Of a stretch of 64,000 nucleotides of DNA, positions 23,851 through 34,906 are shown piece after piece (the first letter of the stretch is position 1; every line of letters begins with the position of its first letter). The stretch is from NCBI RefSeq assembly GCF_036321535.1, contig NC_087447.1, positions 37,016,001 to 37,080,000 on the forward strand. The letters run 5' to 3'. Under the pieces are notes generated by a model. The model saw nothing but the letters and a program-made list of their open reading frames with translations, was not told the origin of the DNA and searched no databases. The translations under genes and the position numbers were made by a program. Source of the DNA: Camelus dromedarius. Taxonomy: Eukaryota.

Positions 23851-23879
23851 AAGGAGCCTTTGACTAGAGCCGAGTACTG

Positions 23880-24722
23880 GTCTACACGGAACAAACAGGT
23901 TCCCTCTTCAGTGGCTCCATGTTGCCTGTAGGGTCAAATCCAGATCCTCTGCAAGGCTCTTCAGCCCCAGCAAGGTCCAGCCCCACTCCCCTCTTCAACC
24001 TCATCTCTGTCACTCTCCCTCCACGCCCCAGCCACTCACGCCATTCCTTCCTGAAGGTGATGCTCCTTCTCTTTCCTTTGCCTCAGACCCTGCTGCTTCC
24101 TGCAAAGCCCTTGTTCCCCTTTGCTCTCCTCTCAAGGGCTCCACATGCCCTCCTCCATGGGGACACCACTGCTCTCACCTTGTAAAGACAGAAACCACTC
24201 CCCTCTCTGATGCCTCTCTGTACCCTGCACAGTGTTAACTGTGGGTTGAATGGAGGACCCCAAATGTGATATCCATCTGGAACCTGTGGATGTGACCTTA
24301 TTTGGAAAAAGGGTATTTGTAGATGAAATTAAGGATCATCAAAGTGAGCTCATCCTGGATTAGGGTGGGCACCCTGGACCCCTGAGGGGTGCTCTCCCAG
24401 GGGATGGCTGAGCTGGGAGCTGGGAGAGAGACATGGAACAGATTTGTTCTCAGAGTTTCCAGAAGGAATCCACCCTGCCAACACCTTGATTTCACACTTC
24501 TGGTCTCCAGAACATTGCGGTTGTTTCAAACCACTCGGTTTGTGGCAGCTCCTAAAGGCTGCCCTGGCAACTAAACCAGTATTGTCTGCACAGCACTGAC
24601 AGCATTATCACAGGCCTGTCCCATCCGCTGGCCTGTGAGCAGGATCTGGGTGACTTCCATCTCTGCATTCCCAGCCCGGTGTCCATGCCATATAATTGGT
24701 GCTTAATAAATGCTCGTTGACT
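23880..24722 (+). mobile_element. LINE L2 interrupted by an MLT1 LTR
   Basis: cttcagtggctccatgttgcctgtagggtcaaatccagatcct ... resumes ctgtgagc ... ggtgcttaataaatgctcgttga. Confidence 0.7.
24235..24579 (+). mobile_element. MaLR solo LTR (MLT1B/C-like) with internal deletion/replacement
   Basis: gggttgaatgg ... atgtgaccttatttggaaaaagggt ... tcatcctggattagggtgggc | foreign segment | ccagaaggaatccaccctgccaacaccttgattt. Confidence 0.85.
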
Positions 24723-25169
24723 TGGATTGCCAAAGGAAATTCCTCTGTAATAAGTAATTGAAAGAATCTGCTTCATGGACTCAAATTTTGCAGAGTAATG
24801 AATGAAATGGCCTTTTAGCACGGGCCGCTGGGAGGCATGAGATTTGGTAGGTCAATTAATAAATCATCAAACGCCTCTGGCCCTGAGTCCACATCCAGAT
24901 AGATGTGTGATGCCGGCTGCTCCTCATGAAAGGATTTCAAGAAGAACAAAGTCCATCGGGGGAAGGAATAGGTGGTCCTACAGAAGCTATTTTTCCACGG
25001 GCTGCACGCATCAGTGGTGGGTTTGTTTCTAGCACTAACACCAAGAAGTGGTCCCAAAGAGGCCAAGGCTGTGGATGGGCACTGGGAGCTTGAAGGGTGC
25101 CTGTTTTCTGCCCACGAAATCCTTGCACCTTTCTTCTGCTAAATGACCCTTGGAATTTCCTTTGGGAAA

Positions 25170-25578
25170 TCTCATCTCAACTTTCAGCACTTTTTGTGGG
25201 TGGGGATAGCACCGCCCCCGACATTCCTGAGGCCACAGTGATTGGTTCACGGATGGGCACGTGACTTGCACAGAGCCAGTGAGATGAAAGACACTTCCTC
25301 TCAGAATTCTGGGACTAAGATACGTGATTTTCCCCCTTCGGATGTAAACCCCGATACCTGTGGGTCAGTGCTCACGCCCAGGTTGCTCCCATGAGAAGTC
25401 TAAGATGAAGAGAGCTGAAAGACAGGAATACAGGCCTGATTAGGTATGAGGTCCAGCCAAACTGCTGCTGAGATTCCCCTCAGACTTTTCAGTTTCGTGA
25501 GCCTGTGAATTCCCTTTCCTTACTCTGGTCTGGGTTGGAGTTTCTTCCATATATAACCGATAGTTACTAACTATTATA
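25170..25578 (+). mobile_element. MaLR solo LTR (MLT1K-like)
   Basis: ggccacagtgattggttcacggatgggcacgtgac ... gacttttcagtttcgtgagcc ... aattccctttc. Confidence 0.75.
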
Positions 25579-25635
25579 AGCATGATGTGGTGGGTCCAGT
25601 TACTCCACAAATCCAGGCGAATGAAATAGCTTCAT

Positions 25636-25870
25636 ATGGTAAAATAGCGCAGGCTTTGTACTTAGGAAGACCTGCGTTCAAATTCCACCTCTATAGATCA
25701 GCTATGTGACAAACAACCTTCAGGAAAATAACTTACTTGTCTGAGCCTCAGTTTTCTCATCTGTGACATGGAGATAGTACCTGCCTTTGGGATTTATGAG
25801 GACTAGAGGCAGCACATGTGAGTCACTGATCATGGTGACTGGGCAAAGACACCCTCTGTGCATGGTACCT
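25636..25870 (+). mobile_element. MIR (near full length)
   Basis: gacctgcgttcaaattcc ... tctgagcctcagttttctcatctgt. Confidence 0.8.
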
Positions 25871-26369
25871 TAAGAGAGGCATCACTCCTTGTTTTGCCAG
25901 CTCTGGAAATACCTATAATCCTCTGGACTTTTGGGTTGTCCTCAGAGGCATTGCTTTAGTTTTTAATTTGAAATGTATCAGAGTTTTAAAATTATGGTGT
26001 TTACTTTTTATTATTGGGAGTAATAAATGCTCATTAAAGAAAATGAGATTATATAGAAAAGGGAAGAGATAAAAATCACCCTATGATTAAGAGTTCATCA
26101 CTATTACTGTATCTAATACTCGAGTTTTATAACACAGGTTTTGGCTTGACAAAGGTTATACCTCTCACGTTTCTTTGGTATGTGGTCTTCAAAGGTTATC
26201 GGCATGGTTGTGGAGATTAAGGACCATCTTTAGAATAGAAATAAGGTGGTCTGCAGAAGGACTGTGGAGCTTGTTAGGAGGGGAGCGGTTGGAGAATCTG
26301 ACTGTGTCCCATTATGAGGGCTCCTGGAGATGATATCAATGGAGATTAGTGGGCAGGAGAGGGACCCCG

Positions 26370-26790
26370 TCCTGGGCTCTGCTACATGCAGCAGAGACGT
26401 GAACAAGCAGTAGCTTAAAAAAAAATAAAAAGGAAGAAGGGAAATTGTTATTTTGCTCTCATTCACAAACCTGGAGGTAAATAATACGTGGCTGATAAGG
26501 TGTTTTTGCTCCTCTTAAGCTCTTGTTCTCCATCCCTAGAATGTGGTTCTCATTCAAATGATCAACAGCAGCAGCTGGAGCTCTAGGCAGCGAAGCTGCA
26601 TGCCCAGCAGCAGGATGGAGCGAGTGATGAAAATAAAGGGAAAGGGTACATCCCGGCTCCCTTTAAAAAGATTTAAGCAAGTTACTACTCTCTGCTTACA
26701 GCCCATTAGCCAGAGTTTAGTCTCAGGGCCCACCTACCTGCAACGGAGTGTGAGAAATGTGGCCTTCAGTTAAGAGGTTATGCTGCCATG
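26370..26790 (-). mobile_element. MaLR solo LTR (MLT1J-like)
   Basis: ctccatccctagaatgtgg ... ccagcagcaggatggag ... ctgcttacagcccattagccagagtttagtc ... gagaaatgtggcctt. Confidence 0.75.
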
Positions 26791-27089
26791 GAGTTGATAG
26801 TTGAGGGACCACTTACCACAGGGGAAGGGGTGTCTGGACTGTGGCCATGGCTCCGCATTGGAGCTGATACTGCCCTGGGGATAGGTTGCTGGGACACAGT
26901 GGGAGGCTGGGTCAGAAGCCTCTCTTGACCATCCAACCCAGCCCAAGAGTGCTCTCTGGGGTTATCGGTTCTGCAAGTAAAGTAATGGGGCCAGCCACAA
27001 GGAGAGGCTCACTGTTTCATCTCTCCCTCCCCTAGCGTATCTGGCTCAGGTGCAGGGTAGCGTATGTCTGATGAGAGGTGCAGACCCGA

Positions 27090-27330
27090 GAGAACCCAAA
27101 GAGGGAGTGGGTATTCAGTCTTGGGGTGGATGGAGGAGGGGAGCTCAAAGGTCTCCATCAAGAAAATGATACTCAAGTTGAGTCTCAAAAAAGGAGTTGG
27201 GGTTTGTTGGGTGGAAGGGAGGAGCAAGTTGAGGGAATGGCATGGCACTCTGCAGAATGAGCAGACTGGGAAGTTGCGTGGCATTTATTTGGGTGTGGCT
27301 GGGGCACGGGAGTGATGTGGGCAGGGCAGG
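27090..27330 (-). mobile_element. LINE L2 fragment
   Basis: caagttgagtctcaaaaaaggagttggggtttgttgggtggaag. Confidence 0.55.
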
Positions 27331-27809
27331 AGATAGAGGAAAGCTGGGAGGACTGAGAAGGCTCCTACAGGCCCCACCAGGTGTTGGGGAGGCTGGGGGA
27401 GGCTGGGGGAGACGGAGCCACCCCTGCTCATCTTCTGAGTTGGGGCAACTTTGCAGCACCCTGTTAGACTCTGACAAAGAAGAGGGTTTGGGATGGGTGG
27501 AGGTCCCTCAGACCCAGTGATGCCAGCTCAGGAGGCTCCAGATGTGAGGGCTACGAGGCAAGGGAGTAGGGCAGGGTGAAGGGCCAGTCCTCGAGGGCTG
27601 AGAGTCTGATGGCAGGCCTGAGAGCTGTGGTTAAGCCTAGGAATGGAGGTCTGTGTGGCTGTCTCCTTTGGAGAAGCCATAATGCTCCCAGAAAGGAGTG
27701 GCTCCCTGATTAGCCTCCTCCTACCTGGCCAGCCCTTTGGGACAGAAAGGTCCCTGACTGGGTGCCCTCACTGTCAGATGCCTGTACCAGGGACAGTATT
27801 ATATATGGA

Positions 27810-27940
27810 CTTAAAACCTAGGTTTGAGCTCTGGTTCTGTGGCCTGCCTGACTTCACTGAGCCTCAGTCTCCTCCTCTATACAGTGGGGGTAGTAATATT
27901 ATCAGCTTCAAAGTACTGTGATGATTAAATGATTCAGTGA
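27810..27940 (+). mobile_element. MIR
   Basis: cactgagcctcagtctcctcctctatacagtggggg ... gtgatgattaaatga. Confidence 0.7.
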
Positions 27941-28486
27941 TAGGTGGTTGGCCAGGAGACTGCCTGGCAGACTGTGAGGTGCTGATAGGGTCCCAGTCTT
28001 AGAAAGAGAGACCTGGAGCAGGACTGACTTCCTACGAGTCAGCAACAGTCACTCCCTCTGCCTGCCCCATCTGTCCAGGAGGGGCAGCCCGTGAGTTGCT
28101 GGCGGTGCTGGGGCCCCGTCTAGGGGCTGCAGGCTGTGCTGATTGAACCTCCTCCTTCAGTAATCAGGCCTCTGCTGTGGAGTGGAGGAGCAGGCCTGGG
28201 ATCCACTTGGCTAATCAGTGTGCATTCTTAGCTGCTGCCGTTGAATATTTTAACTAGGAGATTTCCTCCCCTGGGCTGATTGAGGCAGATCCATGCTCCA
28301 GCCTGGGACAGGGGTTGCCAGGGCAGAGGGCCAGGAAGCAGAGAGACAGGCTTGTTTGTTAGGACTCTAGGCAGTGCGGTGACTTCCAGATGGGCAGCCC
28401 GTTTGCCCATCTCCTTTGTAAGTCAGACATCCAGGTGGCCAGTCACTCCACATAGCTGTAGGTAGAAGTAGTAATAATGGCCACTT

Positions 28487-28675
28487 ATCCATCATCTATC
28501 TACTCACTCTCTGCTGTTCCATCCATCTCTTCTTCTGTCCACTGCCCCACCCTGCTTCTACCCATTCCCCCCACCCACCCATCCATCCATCCACCCACCC
28601 ATCCATCCATCCATCACTCCATTTACCCACCCCCCCACCCATCCATCCATCCATCACTCCATCTACCCACCCATT
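28487..28675. repeat. Degenerate (CCAT/CCAC)n simple repeat
   Basis: ccatccatccatccacccacccatccatccatccatcactcc, repeated. Confidence 0.85.
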
Positions 28676-29589
28676 AATAGTCTGTGCCCTCCCATTCTCC
28701 GGGCTCTTGCAGGCATTCTTTCCTTTATTGTTCTAGTATGATCCCCGGGGCCCTCACCCTGCTTGACCAGAGGGAATCTCAGCCCCACCTGCATCTCCCG
28801 GGGGCTTAGCGGGGAGTGTTGACTTGTGGTCATTGTTGCTCTCATCTCCTTCTGTGAGCTGCATCTGTGGGCTTCTCCCCACATCTTTCCAGGCTGTCCC
28901 TGCTTCTCTGGTCCCCTCTCCTCCCCCTATAACAGTTTGCTCCGAGCATGGACACAGCAGCTTTCTTTACTCTCCGAGTTCCCCGACACACAGTTGTCAT
29001 GGGTACTGGACTGTACTGAGGATATCCTGAGGAAATTGAGGCACACAGTAAGAAGACTTAAAATTAAACCTGCTGTATCAGAGTCCCGTGGCCATCCTCT
29101 CCAGCCCATCACAGGAGCCCTGTCCCCGCCTCTCTCCCTGGTCCTGGGGGCCCGCCGGCTGTGGGCGGAGGCGGAGGCTGAGGAGCAGTGTTGCTGCTTC
29201 CATTCAGCATCTTCTCCTGTCTCTTTTCTCTCTCTGGGTCCAAGGCCATGTCTCCTCCACCTCTCACTCATCAGGACTAACAAGACAGAACCAGAGAAAA
29301 AACTGGCATTCTTTTAACAATTAAAAAAAAATATTAAAGTACAGATATATATGCCCCCATCCACGGGGCAGATGCTTCATAATTATTTTGTAGTGGTTGA
29401 CCCTCAATTTCCTTAACCTACCCTTTTAGATTAAGCCTGGGCCTTATCTTTATGAAATTAAGAGTGAAAAGTGGAAGTCTTTCTCCTCAAGAAGAAGTGG
29501 CCAGGTCTCTCTCAATTATAAACTAGACGGGATGCTTCTTGCTCTTATCCTGGTACCCACTCACACACCCTCTTGTCCTCCAATCCAAT

Positions 29590-29939
29590 AGTCATTCGTT
29601 TTTTTTTCATTTAGACAACAGACATTTATTGTTCACCTTCTAAGGTCCAGGCTCTAAGCTGGGGACTGGAGATCCAGCTGTAAATGAGACAGACACAGCC
29701 TGTGTCTTCACAGAGCTTACAGGCGGGTGGAAGAGGAGCTTGTAAGCAAATACGTAAGACATACTTCAACAGAAGTAAGTGCTAGAAAGGGAGAGCGCAT
29801 CCGAGCGGATGCGCATCTGACTGGCTGTGTGCCCTTCAGGTGTCTGTTTTTGCTCATTCGTTCCTCTGGGCATCCATAAACGTGGGCGCAATACTTGTCA
29901 TTTGTTTGGCACTAGGCCAGGTGCTGGAGACTCAAATAC

Positions 29940-29970
<31 letters not shown>

Positions 29971-30330
29971 TCTTGACCTTCCCCCTGAAGCAAGCCCAGA
30001 CTGATAGACCGGGGACCAGATGAACACCTAATGACACTGAGGGGCTAGAGCTAGAATAGAGATGCTCGTGGACCAGTGGGCACCAGAGGAGGAAAATAAC
30101 CACTGTGTAGGGGGACCTGAGGGGCAGGCTTCCTGGAGGAGGTGTCTTTAAATCAGGATCTGGAGGCTGGGAAGCAGTTTGCCAGACAGAGAAGAAGGTA
30201 AGGGCATTGAGGGCAGGGAGGCTTTCCTGCCATGGCGGGGAGTTACTAGAGGCCAGAGAGTGTATGCAGGGAGGAGAAGCAGCAGCAGACTAGGGCGATT
30301 TCCCAGGCTCTCAGAAGCTCCCCTGGAGAA
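29590..30330 (-). mobile_element. Two adjacent LINE L2 3' fragments; poly(A)29 at 29940-29968
   Basis: caacagacatttattgttcacc ... cttcacagagcttaca; ggcttcctggaggaggtg ... tgagggcagggag. Confidence 0.7.
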
Positions 30331-31317
30331 GAGCCTGACAGGCGTACCTGCCGAAAGGAGCACAAAAACGGGGTTGGGACTGCAGAAGACCCAGAGCAAG
30401 GGAGGAAGGGGTCGGCTCCATGGAGAGGGAAGAGGAACATTTCCAGAGGCAGTTGGAGGCCCCCAACCTCTGCGCTGGATACCTGCTGGGGTGTGTTTGG
30501 CTTCTCCAGGAGAAGCCTGTTGCTGCAGGGTAAATTCTCCCCGGTTGCCTGCACTTACCTCCCAGCGTGCTAATGAGCGCCGAACTTCAGGAGATGCCAG
30601 AGCCTGCTATTTAGTGCTTGTCGAGTGGAGCAAGGCTGGGTGGAGGCACTGCCAGTCAGAGGAAAGGATTTGGCTCTGGCACCTGGCTCTGCAGGACCAG
30701 CCACAGACTTGGAGAAGGAAGGACGAGGGGCAGCAGGGCCAGGAGCTCTGTGTGGGAGGAAGGTGAACACGCTAGACGGGAGAGCAGCGAAGGTGGTGCT
30801 CCAGATATGACAAGCCAGGTCCCAGAATTGCTGGAAACACCCACCAGGATAGGTCATATGGCAGGAGAGTAATGTGAAGTATTAACTTTTGCATTTTGAC
30901 CCCAGGACCTTCCCTCTTCTGGCTGCTAGACATGAAAGAATGCTTGCTGGGTAATCTTTTTTCCACCTGAGAAGAGATTAAAGCAGAGCAAAACAAAAAC
31001 TAATTTTCCCTGTGTCAGAAAAGAAAACACTGGAGCGTACATTTGGGTGCAGTCTGGGGTGCTGGAACAAAGAGGGTTAAAACTGAGGTGTCACAAAGAA
31101 GATGGAGGTAACAGCATCCTCACTGCACAATCCTCGGGTGAGAGAGGAGCAGGTGTGTGGGCAGTTCGGCTCCACCAGGACCCTCAGGGACCCAGGTGCC
31201 CTCCATCCTGTGGCTCCCCCATCCCTAGAATAATAACCTCAGCTTCATGGTCAAGTGTGGGTCACAGACACATCTATGTTCCTTCCTGTGGGAAGAGGAA
31301 AAGTACACTAGGAGGTT

Positions 31318-31667
31318 ATATTGTCCAGCAAATTTTCACTTCTTGTTGGTTCACCCTCACAGGGGGAATAACTTCCCTGCCTCAGTTCTAAATCTAGATC
31401 TTAAGAGGTGTTGTAAGTTTCCATTTGATCGTCTGGGAGCTTCTGACCTCAGCTGTGAGTAGGACCTGTCTAGTGAGGTTGCTGCCTCCCGGACTTGGTG
31501 TGGCAGTGAGACGTGAGGCAGACATGAACTTGACCCCTGGTTGGGAACAGAGCAGGTGTTTAGAGACCTGCAGACCTGGGAACAAGAAATAAATACTCGG
31601 GTTTATTTGACACTGAATTTTGGGGTGGTTTTATGCAGTATTATTGAAGCAAGAGCAAACTGATACA
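31318..31667 (+). mobile_element. MaLR LTR (MLT1H-like) nested in MLT1J
   Basis: gacctgcagacc ... gaaataaat ... cactgaattttggggtggtttt ... aactgataca. Confidence 0.7.
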
Positions 31668-31844
31668 AAGTATGGAATGAGGGGCAAGTAGTTTTTTTTT
31701 TTAAATAAGTATGAGTGAAATTAAAAAATCAATTTCTCTCAGTTTGTTAATCACATGATTACACTTAGCTGCAAGGGAGGCTGAAAGACATGGTCTGTAG
31801 TTGAGCAATCCTGTGCCCAATTTCAAAGAAGAGCTATTGACGTA

Positions 31845-32676
31845 AAAATATGCTCATCAGTCAGTAGAGAAATCCAAATTAAAACCATAATGAGATGCTA
31901 CTAAACTCCCACTAGAAGGGTGAAAAGTAAAGAGTTGGTCATACCATGTGTTGATGAGAATGCAGAGCAGCTGGAGTTCTCATATATCACTTGTAGGAAT
32001 GTGACATGTACAGCCACTTAGAAAAATGGTTTGGCAGTTTCTTAGGAAGTTAAATACACATCTACTGTAAGATCCAGACAATCCACTTCTACTTATTTCC
32101 CCAAGAGAATGAAAGCGTCTGTCTTCACAAAGACTTGTGTGAATGTAGCAACTTTATTTGTAATCACCCCAAACTGGAAACAATGCTAGTTATCCACCAA
32201 CAAGTGAGCGGAAAAACAGATTATGGTACATCCATGTGAAGGAATACTACTCAACAATAAAAAGGAGTGAACTGTTGGTACCTGAAACAATATAGGTGGA
32301 TCTCAAGGTAATTATGCTGAGCCAGAGAAGCCAGACACTAGAGTACCTACTGTACAATTCCACTTATATAAAAGTTTAGAAAATACAATCTAACCTCTAC
32401 TAACATAAAGATCATGGGCTGCCTGGGGATGAGGGGCAAGGGAGGAGGGAGCAAGGAGAGCACTACAAAAGGGCAAGAAACAAGTTTTGGAGTGATGGAT
32501 GTGATCACTGTCTTGATAGTGGCAATGGTTTCATGGGTATGTACACGTGTCAAACTCATCAAATTGTGCACTTTAAATATATGCAATACTCAATAAATGG
32601 CTGCAAAAATATACAATATGACATATTATATGTCAATATCTCAATTAAGCTATAAAACAAAAAATAAAGAATAAAA
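31845..32676 (+). mobile_element. L1ME-type 3' end (ORF2 C-terminus plus 3' UTR) nested in MLT1J
   Basis: caaattaaaaccataatgagat ... tttggcagtttctta ... ggaatactactcaacaataaaaagga ... gtcaaactcatcaaattgtgcactttaaatat, A-rich tail. Confidence 0.9.
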
Positions 32677-33399
32677 GCTCTTACTATGGGAGGAACAAGT
32701 GTAGATTTTGGTGGACAATTGTCAGTGTCTACCACCGAGGGGAGAGGAGATATGATGCTGGCAGTGGGCGGGGGGTTGTGGTCTCTGAAGGGTGGTCTTG
32801 GGGCCTCCCTGGGGGCTGACTCTTGCCCTTTTAGAGAGGTTTGGGGCTAGAGTAGGAGAGACTTATGCCCCGTCCTGCCTGGAGCTGGGGGAGGCAGGGG
32901 CCTTGCTGGGGTTCCCTGGGCCAGCGCAGGCAGAGTGGAGACAATGTCGCCACAGTGGGGGAGAGGGTGGTGGTCAGGGGCACAGAGGACCTGAGACAGC
33001 CTCTCTCAGTCTCCCCTGCCCCAGGGCACCCAGAAGAGCAAGAAGATTTTTAAGAGCCCTTGAAACGGTATTTTAATCCAGACCCTCTAAGAAGTAGATG
33101 CAAGAGGTTTTAGCAAACTGCACCCTCAAGCACCCCCTTCCCTGGGCCCCAAGCTCACTACATGGGGCTTTGGCATTTGGGGTGGATGCTCAGGGTGGGG
33201 GAGGCAGGAGGAGGAGGATCCCCTTGTTTTGCACTTACATCAAGACTCTCAACATCTAAGTAGGCACCTCTTCCCCTAAGGTGGACAGAGAAAGCTCACC
33301 TGGCCAAGGTCTTTGCTCCTCCCATTGTGGGCAGAGCTTTCTGCCGTATCTTTGACTTCGGGCTGGGCTGGTGCCTTGCTCTGTCCAAAGGCCAGATAA

Positions 33400-33743
33400 C
33401 AAGTATAATATAAGCAGATGCTTCACAAGCACTTGTGCATTGGGATTTGCTCTCTTGTCACTTTTGTTCCTTTATCATCTGTGAGAACATGCCCAGGTTT
33501 GCTGCTGAAGACTGAGAGATAGGCAGAGAAGACCACACTCATCCCAGCCAGGACCCGCCAGTGCCCTGCAGACCACTGACTGGCTGCAGATGGATGATCG
33601 AGCTTAGTCCAAATCATCAGAGCCTGCGCAGATCCTCAGGACTGTCCAGCCAACCCATAAACTCCTAAGAAATAATCCATGGGTGCTGTTTCGGGCTACT
33701 ACATTTTGGAGTGGTCTGTTATGCACAATAGCTAACTGATACA
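33400..33743 (+). mobile_element. MaLR LTR fragment (MLT1F/G/H-like)
   Basis: ccagccaacccataaactc ... cattttggagtggtctgttatgcacaatagctaactgataca. Confidence 0.7.
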
Positions 33744-34049
33744 GTGTCCAAACCTCTGACCCACACGTCTGGCCTGAGTGCTTTGATTTGTCCACTCAGC
33801 TGGGAATACTTATTCCAGCCAATGCTGTCCTGTCTTGGCTCATTCCTGAGTTCTGGGGACCTTCTGGACAGCAGAGGCCGGAGAGGGCCTGGCTCCACGT
33901 GTGTGCGTCTCACCCACCTTGGGGAAGGTGGGGCAGGGCGAGAGGGGATGCAGGGGTGGGGGGGCAGTTAGTGCAACAGGAGCCGCTGCAGGGGAAGCCG
34001 GAGTCACGAAGGAGCAGGCAAGTAGTGAGGACATGAATTCCACTTGGAG

Positions 34050-34250
34050 CAACGCACACCTTGATTACTACTCAACATTTGCAGTACCCAGGTACTCTAA
34101 TTAAGAGAAAAGGTCAATAGGTTAAATAAGTAACTTAATCAGAAAATTATGCAAAGTGCCGCAAGTCAAACATATTACACAGCCCTTGAGATCGATACGG
34201 TATGCAAATCGATCACCCATGATCAGGACAGTGCAGCGGCGGGAAGGGGG
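34050..34250. promoter_or_regulatory. Candidate enhancer (AT-rich, motif-dense, repeat-free)
   Basis: TAATTA, AAAGGTCA, DR2-like AGGTCAatAGGTTA, ATGCAAAT, two ATCGAT within ~120 bp. Confidence 0.5.
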
Positions 34251-34389
34251 AAGTCGGCCGAGGAGGCTCAGGAGACCCACCCCAAGCTGGGGCATGTGGG
34301 GAACTGGCACCCCAAAGTGGAGGTGGAGATGGGTGGCCAGTGAGGGAGGTGCAGGCTCCCATCTGCAGACTGGGGAGGGCAGCAGGGCA

Positions 34390-34530
34390 TAGAGCATGGG
34401 TTTAGGGGCCCACGGACCTGGCCTGGAGTCCCAGCTCTGCCACTGCTGAGCTGTGTGGCCTCGGGCAAGCCACGTAGCCCCCCTGAACTTCATCAGCAGG
34501 GACACTAATACTGGCTTCTCAATTACATTT
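34390..34530 (+). mobile_element. MIR
   Basis: gtcccagctctgccactgctgagctgtgtggcctcgggcaag. Confidence 0.75.
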
Positions 34531-34542
34531 ATGAGCTCTGAT

Positions 34543-34544
<2 letters not shown>

Positions 34545-34580
<36 letters not shown>
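34545..34580. repeat. (TG)18 microsatellite
   Basis: direct read. Confidence 0.95.
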
Positions 34581-34583
<3 letters not shown>

Positions 34584-34706
34584 GGGTTTGTGGTCATGGG
34601 TCCAGTGAGATTTCCTTCTTCTCGGTCACCTGCCTTTCTTCTTGCAAAGCCCTGCAGCCAGGATTCTTGATCAAAGACCAGCAAAAGTCCTTTATTCCAC
34701 TTAAAA

Positions 34707-34906
34707 CAGTGGTTCTCAATTGGGGGATGTCTGGAGGCATTTTTGGATGGGATAACCTGTGGGGGTGGGGGGTGTGCTACTGACACCTAGTGGGTGGAAG
34801 CCAGGGGTGCTTCCCAAACATTCTGACATACACAGCACAGCCAGCTCCCCCCAAGAAGGAGGAAACCAGCCCCAAATGCCCGAAGTGCTGAGGCTGAGAA
34901 ACCCTG
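34707..34906. mobile_element. hAT-Charlie MER20
   Basis: cagtggttctcaa ... tgctactgacacctagtgggtggaagccagggg ... gtgctgaggctgagaaaccctg; degenerate 8-bp TSD acttaaaa/ccttagga. Confidence 0.9.

Larger units (their letters stand above)
31040..32736 (-). mobile_element. MLT1J-like LTR split into three pieces by nested insertions
   Basis: cagggacccagg ... ccatccctaga; tcacatgattacacttagctgcaagggaggctga; gattttggtggacaattgtcagtgtctaccac. Confidence 0.65.

Noticed and set aside
24296..24305. CArG boxes CCTTATTTGG here and at 49733-49742
   Set aside because: They are part of the MLT1 LTR sequence in both copies; no independent sign of function.
28487..28675. Repeat array encoding [12 protein letters not shown] peptide, or a CRISPR-like array
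   Set aside because: Degenerate (CCAT)n microsatellite with no unique spacers; eukaryotic DNA.
29940..29968. Poly(A)29 (also poly(T)29 at 648-676) as a possible retrocopy tail
   Set aside because: No mRNA-like body or TSD; more simply an expanded mononucleotide run.
30179..30766. 195-aa ORF, and similar 185-195-aa ORFs at 42248, 44882, 49536 and 50757
   Set aside because: They overlap L2 or MLT1 repeats or GC-rich unique DNA; no homology I recognise.
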